Assembly: GCA_964463705.1 (NCBI GenBank)
Contig: CAYXCH010000011.1
Location: 3,473 to 67,472 of the forward strand
DNA length: 64,000 nucleotides
Reading direction: 5' to 3'
From: an uncultured Pseudobdellovibrionaceae bacterium
GTDB lineage: Bacteria; Patescibacteriota; Minisyncoccia; Moranbacterales; GCA-2747515
A program made the position numbers and the translations under genes. This document shows positions 9,301 through 19,088 of this stretch, piece by piece (position 1 is the stretch's first letter; every line of letters begins with the position of its first letter). Under the pieces are notes generated by a model, which was not told the origin of the DNA, made no database searches, and was given only the letters and a program-made list of their open reading frames with translations.

Positions 9301-11030
9301 GGCGTCAGTGTTACACGATAGATGGTGTTATCGGTGGTGATACGGTGAAAGGTTCCAAAATCATAGAGTCGCGGGGTAGCGGGTGGCCGTATTACCGTCG
9401 TAGTGATACGAAGGTGGGCGCGCGGTGTAAGTTGCGCATCGGCAGCATAGCGCGCTGCTGCTTCCGGTGGAGCGAGAAGATAAACACGATCAAATCGGTC
9501 CAATGGCACTCGGCGAAGATCTTCCGGATTAAATATATAGGCACTATGCCGATGGAAATATGTCCGCAGCGCTCCGCTCAGCAAGGCATACGGATCTCCA
9601 CTGCTTTCTCGGTCCACCAAAAGCAATTCTCCCGGAGCGAGCATATCCGCAATCCGTTGCGTTTGTGAGAGGAGACCATCTTGTTCTTTTAATGGAAAGA
9701 GTGCAATATGCGCCGGCAGGGCAAGCGCTCCCAATATCAGAATGATTGCCAGTGTTTGACGACGTGCTGCGGCTTGTGCCGCGATAATACACCCAACGGT
9801 TAGCAGACCAAAGGTAACACGCCGCAACATCCATGGTGCATCACTACTGATATGCGGGTCAATTAAATAGATACCCAGTGGAAGAATCATCAGTATGGGA
9901 AACAGTCGAGTCCATGCTTTTTTTCGAAACCATAGAAATGCCATCACCGCCGCAACAATCAGCACCGGAGCAATACCGTATGAATAGTATGCCGTCCAGC
10001 GCGCAACCATGTCATTAAGTAATCCGCCACCGCCGGACCCTCCCGTTCCGATAAGAGCAACGGCAACGCTGCGATAAAAATCCGTTGTTTGTGCAAATAC
10101 CGCGCCAAATAGTGTGATGACTGCAAGAAATGGTAGGGCAACATATACAACACTGCGAGCGGATACAACCCGGGATAGTCCGCCGGGTAACGCGATGGCG
10201 CATCCCAACATCATAATAAACAATGCAATTCCTTCAATACGAGCAAATGTTAGCAGAGCGCCACCCGCCACCGCTCCCGCGTAAGCGATGGTTCGGAGTG
10301 ATGGAACACGAAGAGCGATGAGAAACAGTGCACAAACGGCGGCGATAAGAAACTGTGCAAGATTCTCACTCAGCGTATGACGCAAGAGATATGTGTAAGA
10401 GAACTGTGTCAGGACGAGAAACAGTGCGGCAGCTCCGACACGCATTCGTACCGATGTTGGTGCCAGCAGCATCGCCGCAAGAACAACAGAAAGTGCAAAT
10501 AAAACGAACAGTACACCGTTGGCAATAAGAAGTCCATAGATACCAAATATCCAATAAAATACAGCCAGTACCGCGATATATGGCAGTGGAAACTGTGTAG
10601 TGAGTGCTCCATCCGCCGTATAGTAGAAGCCGGGAAAATTCAGCGCTTTTCCCGTTCCGTAGAATGAAAAAAAGGCATCGCTTTCAGGGGTATGTACGCG
10701 TAGTGTTCCGTGCTCCGCAAGCAGAATGGCGGCGGTACTGAGTGAGCCCTGATCACGACCCGTAAATATATCGGGCGTAGCGTAGTGCAGTGCAACAATT
10801 GCAAACACCGTGGCAACGAGTGCGAATGGCCACAGAGGGCGCAGGGCGCGTATCCACTGTGTCCCACGTCGTGTTAAAAGCGCTCCGATACCGACGGCAA
10901 GGTACATCGCCCCGATTCCGCCATGAAATGTTGTAAGCGCCATACCAAACGCCACGGCAACAAACCCGAGTACATAGATCAGCAAGATTGTCGCCGCGCG
11001 CAGCATATGTTTATGCATTAGTCCGTGCAT
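9297..11030 (-). CDS. polytopic membrane protein, GT-C-fold glycosyltransferase-like
   Basis: More than 10 TM segments, acidic loop motif GRDQG, later LSE and RIEG motifs; start uncertain (11030 chosen). Confidence 0.6.
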   Translation of the reverse strand: MHGLMHKHMLRAATILLIYVLGFVAVAFGMALTTFHGGIGAMYLAVGIGALLTRRGTQWIRALRPLWPFALVATVFAIVALHYATPDIFTGRDQGSLSTAAILLAEHGTLRVHTPESDAFFSFYGTGKALNFPGFYYTADGALTTQFPLPYIAVLAVFYWIFGIYGLLIANGVLFVLFALSVVLAAMLLAPTSVRMRVGAAALFLVLTQFSYTYLLRHTLSENLAQFLIAAVCALFLIALRVPSLRTIAYAGAVAGGALLTFARIEGIALFIMMLGCAIALPGGLSRVVSARSVVYVALPFLAVITLFGAVFAQTTDFYRSVAVALIGTGGSGGGGLLNDMVARWTAYYSYGIAPVLIVAAVMAFLWFRKKAWTRLFPILMILPLGIYLIDPHISSDAPWMLRRVTFGLLTVGCIIAAQAAARRQTLAIILILGALALPAHIALFPLKEQDGLLSQTQRIADMLAPGELLLVDRESSGDPYALLSGALRTYFHRHSAYIFNPEDLRRVPLDRFDRVYLLAPPEAAARYAADAQLTPRAHLRITTTVIRPPATPRLYDFGTFHRITTDNTIYRVTLTP

Positions 11031-11110
11031 ATGAATATAGTATACCATGATGATTGTTGTATACCAGAGTTTATGGTAAACTGTGAAATAGCGCATGCAG
11101 ACCAAATACA

Positions 11111-12517
11111 ATGGAAACAATTATACAAAAACTTATCCAAGTGGTGCTGGCATTGATTACACTTGTTGCGGCATATATGGCATCTCGCGGAATTGTGTCG
11201 GATACGCCCGCACTGTCATCGGTAACGCAGAGTATTTCCTCCGTGTTGTCCTCATCGTCACCAATACAGTCCGCATCCACCACACCACCCGAGCCGTCCG
11301 CACCACCCGCTGTCTCAACGGTAACGTCAGCGCCCGTTGCGCCATCCGCTCCTTCCGGTGCGGGAACAAATACATCTGCTGTAACATCACCTTCTTCCGT
11401 TGGTGGTGAACACACCGGTACATCATCGGGTGGTGGATCCGAAGGAACAACGGTAGCGACAATCGGTGGCTCAAGTGTTGTATCGGGATTGGGTGCTCCC
11501 ACCAATAATACAACACTTCAGACGGGAACGATGAAAATTGGTGTCAATGACACATGGGAAATCTATGGCGGGATCTACAGTGGGGGAATGACATGGAGCA
11601 GCGCAATGATTTCTACACTAAATAGTGTCGGGTACAGTGCCTTTCGGTTTATGAACTTTAACGGGAACGGCGCACAGATTCCCGGGGGCGGGCCGGAGGA
11701 AACGTGGGCGACACGTGTGCCGCCGGGGGAAATTATTTATCCGGGTCAAGGTGTTCGCATTTCTTACGAAGCACAGATTGCGCTATGTAATGCGGCAAAA
11801 GTAGATTGTTGGATCAGTGTCCCCGCAAAGACGGATAAAGACCCGACATTTGGAACACAGCTTGCGCAGTTAATCAAGAGCACACTGGATCCATCACTGA
11901 AAGTATATATTGAGTGGTCCAATGAAAGCTGGAATGATGGTGGATACAGTGCGCAGTACGCAGCGGACCGTGCGCGGGCATTAGGTATGAAGGCGGATGA
12001 AGATTCCACATATGTTATGGCGGCACAGTATACTCCGTGCGCCGGTGCGCAACTATGGAGCGCGTTTGAATCTGTCTTCACCGGTGCGGATCGCAATCGG
12101 TTGGTGACGGTACTTTCAGGTCATTGGGACGGAATGCAAACCTGGTATAATGAGGAAATTCTCAAGCGTTTGCAAGATAAAACATGTAACCCCAATGGTG
12201 TGCGTCCCGATGCGTTTGCCGTCGCACCATATTTTGATGGGACGGTAGCGGGAGCGAACGGAATGAAAGAGGCCTTTGCGAATTTGCGGAATAATATTGT
12301 TCCGGATGATATAGCGCTTGTGACCTATGAGGGTGGTACGGAGAGTGGGTATGACTATGATGCGTACATGGCCTACCTTGATGCGATGGCGCCGTATTTT
12401 GACCTCTACATGGCATATAACTTTAACCAGCCCGGCTGGGGAGTTGCCAATGAAGATACCAGTGATACACCGCGGCAAAAGGCGATTCGCGATTGGATTG
12501 CAAAGAACGGGCCGTGA
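11111..12517 (+). CDS. exported/anchored protein with Ser/Thr/Pro linker and glycoside hydrolase clan A-like TIM-barrel domain (paralog 1)
   Basis: Hydrophobic N-terminus, low-complexity linker, motifs [33 protein letters not shown]. Confidence 0.75.
   Translation: METIIQKLIQVVLALITLVAAYMASRGIVSDTPALSSVTQSISSVLSSSSPIQSASTTPPEPSAPPAVSTVTSAPVAPSAPSGAGTNTSAVTSPSSVGGEHTGTSSGGGSEGTTVATIGGSSVVSGLGAPTNNTTLQTGTMKIGVNDTWEIYGGIYSGGMTWSSAMISTLNSVGYSAFRFMNFNGNGAQIPGGGPEETWATRVPPGEIIYPGQGVRISYEAQIALCNAAKVDCWISVPAKTDKDPTFGTQLAQLIKSTLDPSLKVYIEWSNESWNDGGYSAQYAADRARALGMKADEDSTYVMAAQYTPCAGAQLWSAFESVFTGADRNRLVTVLSGHWDGMQTWYNEEILKRLQDKTCNPNGVRPDAFAVAPYFDGTVAGANGMKEAFANLRNNIVPDDIALVTYEGGTESGYDYDAYMAYLDAMAPYFDLYMAYNFNQPGWGVANEDTSDTPRQKAIRDWIAKNGP
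12038..12111 (+). repeat. 74-bp near-identical direct repeat, copy 1
   Basis: Matches 13448-13521 with one mismatch (G12049 vs A13459). Confidence 0.95.
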
Positions 12518-12535
12518 CAATTATTTTAAAAGACT

Positions 12536-14641
12536 ATGGAATCAATGATACAACAATTAGTGCAAGTGGTAATGGCGCTCATGACGATGTTATCCGCGTA
12601 TTTGGTGGGGGATAGCGCTTCAAATCAAACGTTAACACAAACACAGACAACGGTGCAAAATGTCCAGAGCAGTCTCAACGTTTCTTCTCCGTCGCCACCC
12701 GCTGTAACACATACAAACACCACTCTATCCACTCCTACACCCCCGGCGTCCGTATCCGGTGGTGCCGGAGGAGCCGGTGCCACCGCCACGGTAACGGTTC
12801 GCGGGTCCGGCGTAACAACGATCGGAGGATCAACGGAAGTGGCGTCCCTTGGGACATCATCGGTGACACCAAGTAATAACACGGCCTTTGGCAGTGGAAC
12901 GATGCAGATCGGTATTAACGATGCATGGATGATTTATGGAGGAATTTACAGTACGTCCGGGTGGTCTCCGGCGTTTATCAATCACTTGCGCAGTGTGCCA
13001 TATGCGGCATTTCGGTTTATGAACTTTAATGGAAATGGTGGAAATGTGCCGTTTCACGTTGGTGCACTTGGGGACATGCCCACCGGTGGGCCGGACGGTA
13101 CATGGGCGGGACGTGTAAAGCCGGGAGAAATTCGTCCCGATGCGCAGGGTGATCCCGGGCTGATTTCCTATGAGGCGCAAATAGAATTATGCAACGCGGC
13201 ACAGGTAGATTGTTGGTTTAGCGTTCCGGCAAAGAGTGACCAAGATCCGACATTTGGTCCAAATCTTGCCACGCTGATTAAAGAGAAGCTGGATCCATCC
13301 CGCCGTGTCTATATTGAATGGGCGAATGAGAGTTGGAATTTTCTCGGAGGAATTTATGCGGCAGAGTATGCGGCGGCACGCGGGAAACAGTTGGGGCTGA
13401 GTGGTGCGGATAGTGGGGTATATGGAATGGCATTTCAATATACAGCATGCGCCGGTGCACAACTATGGAGCGCGTTTGAATCTGTCTTCACCGGTGCGGA
13501 TCGCAATCGGTTGGTGACGGTGTTAGCCGGTCAGTTCGGTGATCCGGGAGATCCCAATGTATATCTTGTGAAAACACATTTTGATGCGTTGAATGATCCA
13601 AAATGCAATCCCAATGGCGTAATGCCGGACGCATATGCCATTGCTCCTTACTTTGACGGGACGACTGCACAGTTGGGAGCTTATGATACGGCATTGCAAG
13701 CATTTGAGGACGCGTTGCCGAGTGGTGTTACGCTGATTACTTATGAAGGAGGAACAGAGAAAACGTATGATTACAATGCATACTATGAGTATCTTAACGT
13801 TCTTTCCAAGCACGTTGCATTATACATGGCATATAATGTAAACCAGCCTACGTGGGGAGTTGCAACAGAAGATCTGCAAGATACGCAACGGTTAAAAGCA
13901 ATTCGTGATTGGCTTGCCAAGAATGGGCAAGGGGGAGGTGTCGCTTCCGCCGGCGGTACTGTTGCTACCGGCACTTCCGGTACTCGCGGAGCATCAGCAA
14001 CATCAACACAAACAACATCAACACAAACTTCCGCTCCTCAGTCACCAACCAGTGTTGCTCCGACGAATACAACATCATCCGGTGTAGAACAAGCCGGCAC
14101 CGGGACAATTACGCATGGCAGTGGTGCGTCCGCCCGCAGCGATGGAACTGATGGTTTCACATCGGATGCCGGCGGAGCCTCTACATTAAGTGGTGAACAT
14201 TGGAACTATTGCGGTCCGACACCGGAGCCATGGGATGTGCCATGTGCGCGTAGTGGTGTTTCCGGTACGTTTACCAATATTGCTCGTGGTACCGGTGCGG
14301 GAACGTTGACGGTAACGGTATTTGGAGATCATGACAGTGAGCCGCCATCGGAGGATGCTGAATGGGTACGTATCATGGTTGATGATGTGGATTTGGGTCT
14401 TGTATTTAATCATAATCCGGGTGATGATCGTTTTAACTTCTCCTCTTATGGTGGCGCGGCAGACTGGGGAAACCTCAAAAGTGAAGAAATCACCAGTACG
14501 GCATCATTGAGTGCAGAGGAAATTTCTCGCATTACGGCAGATGGAAGCGTTACAGTACGATTTGACTTTATCGGAGACAGCCATGATGATTTCAAATATG
14601 TTCCGGCAGAGGAGTATATTCGATGGACATTAACATATTAA
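12536..14641 (+). CDS. paralog 2: same GH-A-like domain plus a second S/T/G linker and a C-terminal beta-sandwich-like domain
   Basis: [33 protein letters not shown]; collinear with 11111-12517. Confidence 0.75.
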   Translation: MESMIQQLVQVVMALMTMLSAYLVGDSASNQTLTQTQTTVQNVQSSLNVSSPSPPAVTHTNTTLSTPTPPASVSGGAGGAGATATVTVRGSGVTTIGGSTEVASLGTSSVTPSNNTAFGSGTMQIGINDAWMIYGGIYSTSGWSPAFINHLRSVPYAAFRFMNFNGNGGNVPFHVGALGDMPTGGPDGTWAGRVKPGEIRPDAQGDPGLISYEAQIELCNAAQVDCWFSVPAKSDQDPTFGPNLATLIKEKLDPSRRVYIEWANESWNFLGGIYAAEYAAARGKQLGLSGADSGVYGMAFQYTACAGAQLWSAFESVFTGADRNRLVTVLAGQFGDPGDPNVYLVKTHFDALNDPKCNPNGVMPDAYAIAPYFDGTTAQLGAYDTALQAFEDALPSGVTLITYEGGTEKTYDYNAYYEYLNVLSKHVALYMAYNVNQPTWGVATEDLQDTQRLKAIRDWLAKNGQGGGVASAGGTVATGTSGTRGASATSTQTTSTQTSAPQSPTSVAPTNTTSSGVEQAGTGTITHGSGASARSDGTDGFTSDAGGASTLSGEHWNYCGPTPEPWDVPCARSGVSGTFTNIARGTGAGTLTVTVFGDHDSEPPSEDAEWVRIMVDDVDLGLVFNHNPGDDRFNFSSYGGAADWGNLKSEEITSTASLSAEEISRITADGSVTVRFDFIGDSHDDFKYVPAEEYIRWTLTY
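13448..13521 (+). repeat. 74-bp near-identical direct repeat, copy 2
   Basis: Matches 12038-12111. Confidence 0.95.
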
Positions 14642-14664
14642 GCGACACCAGAAAAATAGTGCAG

Positions 14665-14693
14665 TTGACAGAACGCTATCCCTCTCGTATACT
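14665..14693 (+). promoter_or_regulatory. sigma70-type promoter of secE-nusG
   Basis: TTGACA-17 bp-TATACT. Confidence 0.8.
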
Positions 14694-14741
14694 GTGAGTG
14701 TGCACAGAAGCCCTGAAAGGGCTTTTTCTAAAGGAGTTATT

Positions 14742-14924
14742 ATGAAGAAAGTAATCGCATTTTTGGGCGATGTTCGTCGGGAGCTGCATAAAGTGCAGTG
14801 GCCGACCAAGACACAGACACTGCGCTATACGCTGTTGGTGGTTGCCATCAGTGTGGTGGTGGCGATTTATCTTGGAGCATTGGATTATGTATTTGGCGGA
14901 ATCGTCCGCGGAGTTATCGGTTAA
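14742..14924 (+). CDS. secE: preprotein translocase SecE
   Basis: ELHKVQWPT motif plus one TM helix; AAGGAG RBS; upstream of nusG. Confidence 0.95.
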   Translation: MKKVIAFLGDVRRELHKVQWPTKTQTLRYTLLVVAISVVVAIYLGALDYVFGGIVRGVIG

Positions 14925-14936
14925 CGTTTTCGGGCA

Positions 14937-15482
14937 ATGGCAAAGCAGACACAGCATCATGGGCGTGCATGGTATGTGATTCACACGTACTCCGGTTATG
15001 AGGATAATGTAGCGCGCAATCTCCGACAGCGCATTGAGTCTATGGACATGCAAGACTACATTTTTGATGTAATGGTGCCGACGGAGAAAAAGGTAAAAAT
15101 CAAGAACGGGAAGCGAGTAACGGTAGAAGAGCGCATTTATCCCGGGTATGTATTGGTGAATATGATCGTGACTGATGCTTCATGGTATGTGGTTCGCAAT
15201 ACTCCCAATGTTACCGGATTTATCGGATTGGGAACAACACCGACACCTGTGGACCCGGCGGAAATTGCGCAGATCAAGCAACGTATGGGTGTGGATGCGC
15301 CCAAGCATGAGGTGGCATTTGCCGTCGGGGATATTGTACGAATTACCGATGGTCCGTTTAAGGAGTTTGACGGAAAGGTCCGTGGAGTGGATAAGGACCG
15401 AGGAAAGGTGAAGGTGATGGTTAATATGTTTGGACGCGAGACGCCGGTAGAGCTGGACTTCTTGCAGGTTTCCAAGATGTAA
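14937..15482 (+). CDS. nusG: transcription factor NusG
   Basis: WYVIHTYSGYE, YPGYVLV, KOW motif GDIVRITDGPF, FGRETPVEL. Confidence 0.98.
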   Translation: MAKQTQHHGRAWYVIHTYSGYEDNVARNLRQRIESMDMQDYIFDVMVPTEKKVKIKNGKRVTVEERIYPGYVLVNMIVTDASWYVVRNTPNVTGFIGLGTTPTPVDPAEIAQIKQRMGVDAPKHEVAFAVGDIVRITDGPFKEFDGKVRGVDKDRGKVKVMVNMFGRETPVELDFLQVSKM

Positions 15483-15526
15483 GGTATGATCGGGGAGTAA
15501 TCCCAATTATCACCAATGTAATTCCC

Positions 15527-15564
15527 GTGGGAGCGGTACCGATACAGTATCGCGCATGAACCAC
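15527..15564 (+). promoter_or_regulatory. ribosomal protein L1-binding leader upstream of rplK
   Basis: GTGGGAGC..hairpin..GAACCAC closing helix just before rplK. Confidence 0.65.
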
Positions 15565-15578
15565 ATAATATAATGCAT

Positions 15579-16004
15579 ATGGCAAAGAAGGTAAAATCAA
15601 TTATCAAGCTGCAGATTGCGGCGGGGCAAGCAAATCCGGCGCCGCCGGTAGGTCCCGCATTGGGTCAGCATGGACTGAATATTCAAGATTTCTGCACGCA
15701 GTTTAACGATAAGACAAAGGATAAGATGGGGGATGTGATCCCGGTGGAGATTACCGTATACGAGGATCGCAGCTTTGACTTCATTATGAAGACTCCGCCC
15801 GCTGCGGAGTTGTTGAAGAAGGCCGCCGGTGTCAAGAAGGGCGCGGGAAATCCGCTGAAAGATACCGCCGGTACCGTTACACGCGCACAGGTAGAGGAAA
15901 TCGCACAGACCAAGATGGAAGATCTTAATGCGATGACTGTTGAAGGTGCGATGAAGATTGTGGAGGGAACGGCGCGCAGCATGGGTATCAAGGTACAAGA
16001 GTAA
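15579..16004 (+). CDS. rplK: 50S ribosomal protein L11
   Basis: [15 protein letters not shown] and GTARSMG motifs. Confidence 0.99.
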   Translation: MAKKVKSIIKLQIAAGQANPAPPVGPALGQHGLNIQDFCTQFNDKTKDKMGDVIPVEITVYEDRSFDFIMKTPPAAELLKKAAGVKKGAGNPLKDTAGTVTRAQVEEIAQTKMEDLNAMTVEGAMKIVEGTARSMGIKVQE

Positions 16005-16017
16005 TATGTAATTCGTT

Positions 16018-16052
16018 GTGGGAGCATGCGGGTATCGCATGCGCGGAACCAC
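16018..16052 (+). promoter_or_regulatory. second L1-binding leader upstream of rplA
   Basis: GTGGGAGC-ATGCG..CGCATGC..GAACCAC; same frame as the rplK leader with a different inner stem. Confidence 0.65.
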
Positions 16053-16065
16053 ATAGTATACACTT

Positions 16066-16755
16066 ATGGCAAAAGTTTCAAAGCGTTTCGCCGCATTGCG
16101 CGAAAAGGTCAATATGCAACAATCTGTTGTTGCGCCGAAAGAAGCATTCACGCTTCTGAAAGAGTTGGCATCGGCAAAATTTGACGAGTCGGTAGAAGTG
16201 CATGTTCGTTTAACGATTGATGCACGCAAGGGAGATCAGCAAGTTCGGTCTACGGTGACGCTTCCGCACGGAACCGGTAAAGATGTTCGGGTAGCGGTAA
16301 TCACATCAACACAACAGGAAGCAGCGACAGAGGCGGGAGCAACAGTCGTTGGTGGTGAAGAAATTATTGAGGAGATTGCGAAGGGTGAGGTTATCGGTAA
16401 TGTGGACATTATAATCGCAACACCGGAAATGATGCCAAAATTGGCGTCGGTGGCACGAATTCTCGGTCCGCGCGGCATGATGCCGAATCCGAAAGCGGGA
16501 ACGGTAACGCAAGATGTTGCAAAGACGGTAGCAGACGTGCGCACGGGTCAAGTAGACTTCCGCAATGATCGTACGGGAAATATTCACCAAGTGATCGGAA
16601 AGGCGTCCTTTACACCGGAGCAGTTGGAAGAGAATTATACCGCATTGTTATCTGCAATTGAGGCGGCGCGTCCACAAGGTTATAAAGGTGCGCTGATTGC
16701 ACGGGTTACGGTCTGCACGACGATGAGCCCCTCCGTGACAACATTGATGAAATAA
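16066..16755 (+). CDS. rplA: 50S ribosomal protein L1
   Basis: AKFDESVE, LPHGTGK and LGPRGMMPNPKAGTV motifs. Confidence 0.99.
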   Translation: MAKVSKRFAALREKVNMQQSVVAPKEAFTLLKELASAKFDESVEVHVRLTIDARKGDQQVRSTVTLPHGTGKDVRVAVITSTQQEAATEAGATVVGGEEIIEEIAKGEVIGNVDIIIATPEMMPKLASVARILGPRGMMPNPKAGTVTQDVAKTVADVRTGQVDFRNDRTGNIHQVIGKASFTPEQLEENYTALLSAIEAARPQGYKGALIARVTVCTTMSPSVTTLMK

Positions 16756-16760
16756 TTACC

Positions 16761-17330
16761 ATGCGGCAACGAGTCATCGGGCTGGTGGGAGAAACCGGCA
16801 GTGGAAAAGATACGGTGGCAGATTATTTGCGTGATGTCTATGGCGCAGAGTTAACGCGATTTAGCGATCCGTTGAAGTCGGCGTTAGCGTTATTCTTTGA
16901 TGCGCCAAGTAAGGCGGATCAGGCATGGTTGTATGGTGTATTTAAGGAGCGCTTTGGTGAGGACGTTCTGCATCAAGCATTGCGTCATCATCTTGAGCGT
17001 ACAACATCACCGTTGGTGGTAATCAATGGGTTGCGTATGCGCGCAGATGAGGACTTCGTACGATCTATTGAAGGAAGCATGATCCTCTATATTACGGCGC
17101 CACAGCGATTGCGATGGGAGCGGACGGTTGGTCGTGGAGAAAAGTCTGATGATGCGCAGTCGTTTGATGCGTTTGCTCAGTTTGAATCTACAGCGGAAAC
17201 GGAGCGTCACGTACCGGCTATTGGTTCGCGCGCGGAGGAGACAATCGTTAATGACGGTACATTACAGGAGTTGTTGGACGCTGTAGATGCGGTGATGCAG
17301 CGATATCAGTGTAAAAAAGCAGAAAAATGA
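16761..17330 (+). CDS. P-loop nucleotide kinase-like protein (dephospho-CoA/NMP kinase superfamily)
   Basis: IGLVGETGSGKDT Walker A motif; C-terminal IVNDGTLQEL. Confidence 0.75.
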   Translation: MRQRVIGLVGETGSGKDTVADYLRDVYGAELTRFSDPLKSALALFFDAPSKADQAWLYGVFKERFGEDVLHQALRHHLERTTSPLVVINGLRMRADEDFVRSIEGSMILYITAPQRLRWERTVGRGEKSDDAQSFDAFAQFESTAETERHVPAIGSRAEETIVNDGTLQELLDAVDAVMQRYQCKKAEK

Positions 17331-18244
17331 AGGAGTCTGTCATGTCTCCCGAGATGGCTCCCGCCCGCTGCGAACGGGAGCCGCGTCTTCCCATTGTTTG
17401 TCTCCATACGCAATTGGTGAATCGCCACAATTTTTGCGGAGCGTTATTCCCATATCGATATGATCCTGTTGCCCGGAGTATTCAGCGAAAATCATCAACG
17501 ATTACTTCCGCTGACTACTTTCGTTCTAACAAAGAGACTCGTCTGTTGCGGCGCCGCGGGCATGAATGCGGAGACTCTTACAATATCACACCTATTGTAT
17601 CTTCATCGGAAAACGCGATATTGTTTACAGATGGGTTGTTTGATTGTATTTCTGTGCTTGTCTATGGGGAGCGGAATGGTGTACGTTCAGCATTTCTAAC
17701 CCATCATAATCCGTCGGAGATGATGGATAATCCTGATCAAGAGCGGGAATTTTCTGATGCGTTTCGTCGTCGTATAAGAGAATTTTTGAGTACTGTCCAT
17801 CCGGATACGGTGACGGCAGGTATTATTGGTGGATGTCTGCAAACTTTTAGTATATATGGCACAATACGGGACGCAACGCCCTATCGTACCAATGTACTAT
17901 TGATACATGATCTTATTTCTGAAGAGTGTGACAAAAAGCAGTGCACATCATCTGTTTCCGTAATGGTGGCGCCGACGGACCAACATGAAATTAATAAGGA
18001 GGATATTCAAAAAATAAGTGCAGCAAATCGGCTGTTGAAATCGGTAGCAGATAGAATAACGGTTATGAGTACAACGTTCCGATTTCGACATGACCCGATG
18101 GCAATCGCGCATCAACAGAGTATTGTATACGATGTGGCTAATCATCGCGCCGATGTTTTTCGGTTTTCTGCAACCGCATCAGCACATGATGAAATTCTTC
18201 CTTCGCAATCATTGCAAGAGTACATAGAGACATTGCCCGGGTAG
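17327..18244 (+). CDS. hypothetical protein, possible CheD/CNF1/YfiH-like Cys-His hydrolase
   Basis: LFTDGLFDC107..AFLTH126..GIIGG; AT-richer than neighbours. Confidence 0.55.
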   Translation: MKESVMSPEMAPARCEREPRLPIVCLHTQLVNRHNFCGALFPYRYDPVARSIQRKSSTITSADYFRSNKETRLLRRRGHECGDSYNITPIVSSSENAILFTDGLFDCISVLVYGERNGVRSAFLTHHNPSEMMDNPDQEREFSDAFRRRIREFLSTVHPDTVTAGIIGGCLQTFSIYGTIRDATPYRTNVLLIHDLISEECDKKQCTSSVSVMVAPTDQHEINKEDIQKISAANRLLKSVADRITVMSTTFRFRHDPMAIAHQQSIVYDVANHRADVFRFSATASAHDEILPSQSLQEYIETLPG

Positions 18245-18281
18245 CTTGCGATAGGTTTCATCACGGTGTAGGATGGGACAT

Positions 18282-19055
18282 ATGAGTGCACTGATAAAAA
18301 CATCGGAAGAAATTGTCGCAATGCGACGAGCGGGGCGGGCGGCAGCGCAGTTGTTGTCGTGGCTGATCCCGCAGATTCGTACGGGGATGACAACGGAAGA
18401 TATTGATATCCTTGCTCGTGACTATACAAATGACGTGTTGCATGCGCAGAGTGCGCCATTGAATTATCACGGATTTCCCAAGCATATTTGCACATCTGTC
18501 AATGCCGTGGTGTGTCATGGAATTCCCGATGCGACAGTATTGAAGGACGGTGATATTGTAAACATTGATGTAACACCGAAGGTGGACGGATTTCACGGAG
18601 ATACCAGTGCAATGGTATGTATCGGTACCGTATCGGAATCGGCACGTCGTTTGGTAGACGTGGCCTATGATGCGTTATGGCGCGGTATTTGCAGTGTTCG
18701 CCCCGGTGCGCGGTTGGGAGATATCGGATATGCCATTCAGTCTTATGTGGAAGCACAGGGGTTTAGTGTCGTCCGGGATTATTGCGGACACGGTATTGGA
18801 CGCGGGTTCCATGAAGAGCCGCAGGTACTGCACTATGGAACGCGCGGAACGGGAATGGTATTGGAGCCGGGAATGATATTTACCATTGAGCCCATGATTA
18901 ACGCGGGAGACTATCATACACAGGTAGGTTCGGATCATTGGACGGTAACAACGGTGGATGGTTCTCTCAGTGCCCAGTGGGAGCATACACTTCTTGTTAC
19001 GGACACGGGCTGTGAAGTGTTAACATTACGTTCGTCGGAGCGCATGCGATGCTAA
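18282..19055 (+). CDS. map: methionine aminopeptidase type I
   Basis: CHGIP, GDIVNIDVT, GHGIG..FHEEP, TIEPMI and AQWEHT motifs. Confidence 0.98.
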   Translation: MSALIKTSEEIVAMRRAGRAAAQLLSWLIPQIRTGMTTEDIDILARDYTNDVLHAQSAPLNYHGFPKHICTSVNAVVCHGIPDATVLKDGDIVNIDVTPKVDGFHGDTSAMVCIGTVSESARRLVDVAYDALWRGICSVRPGARLGDIGYAIQSYVEAQGFSVVRDYCGHGIGRGFHEEPQVLHYGTRGTGMVLEPGMIFTIEPMINAGDYHTQVGSDHWTVTTVDGSLSAQWEHTLLVTDTGCEVLTLRSSERMRC

Positions 19056-19088
19056 GCGGGAGCGGTGCTGAATGTATTAAGAAAGGCA

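Noticed and set aside
12038-13521. 74-bp repeat as a diversity-generating retroelement TR/VR pair
   Set aside because: Only one synonymous mismatch, both copies are mid-gene coding sequence, and there is no reverse transcriptase in the window
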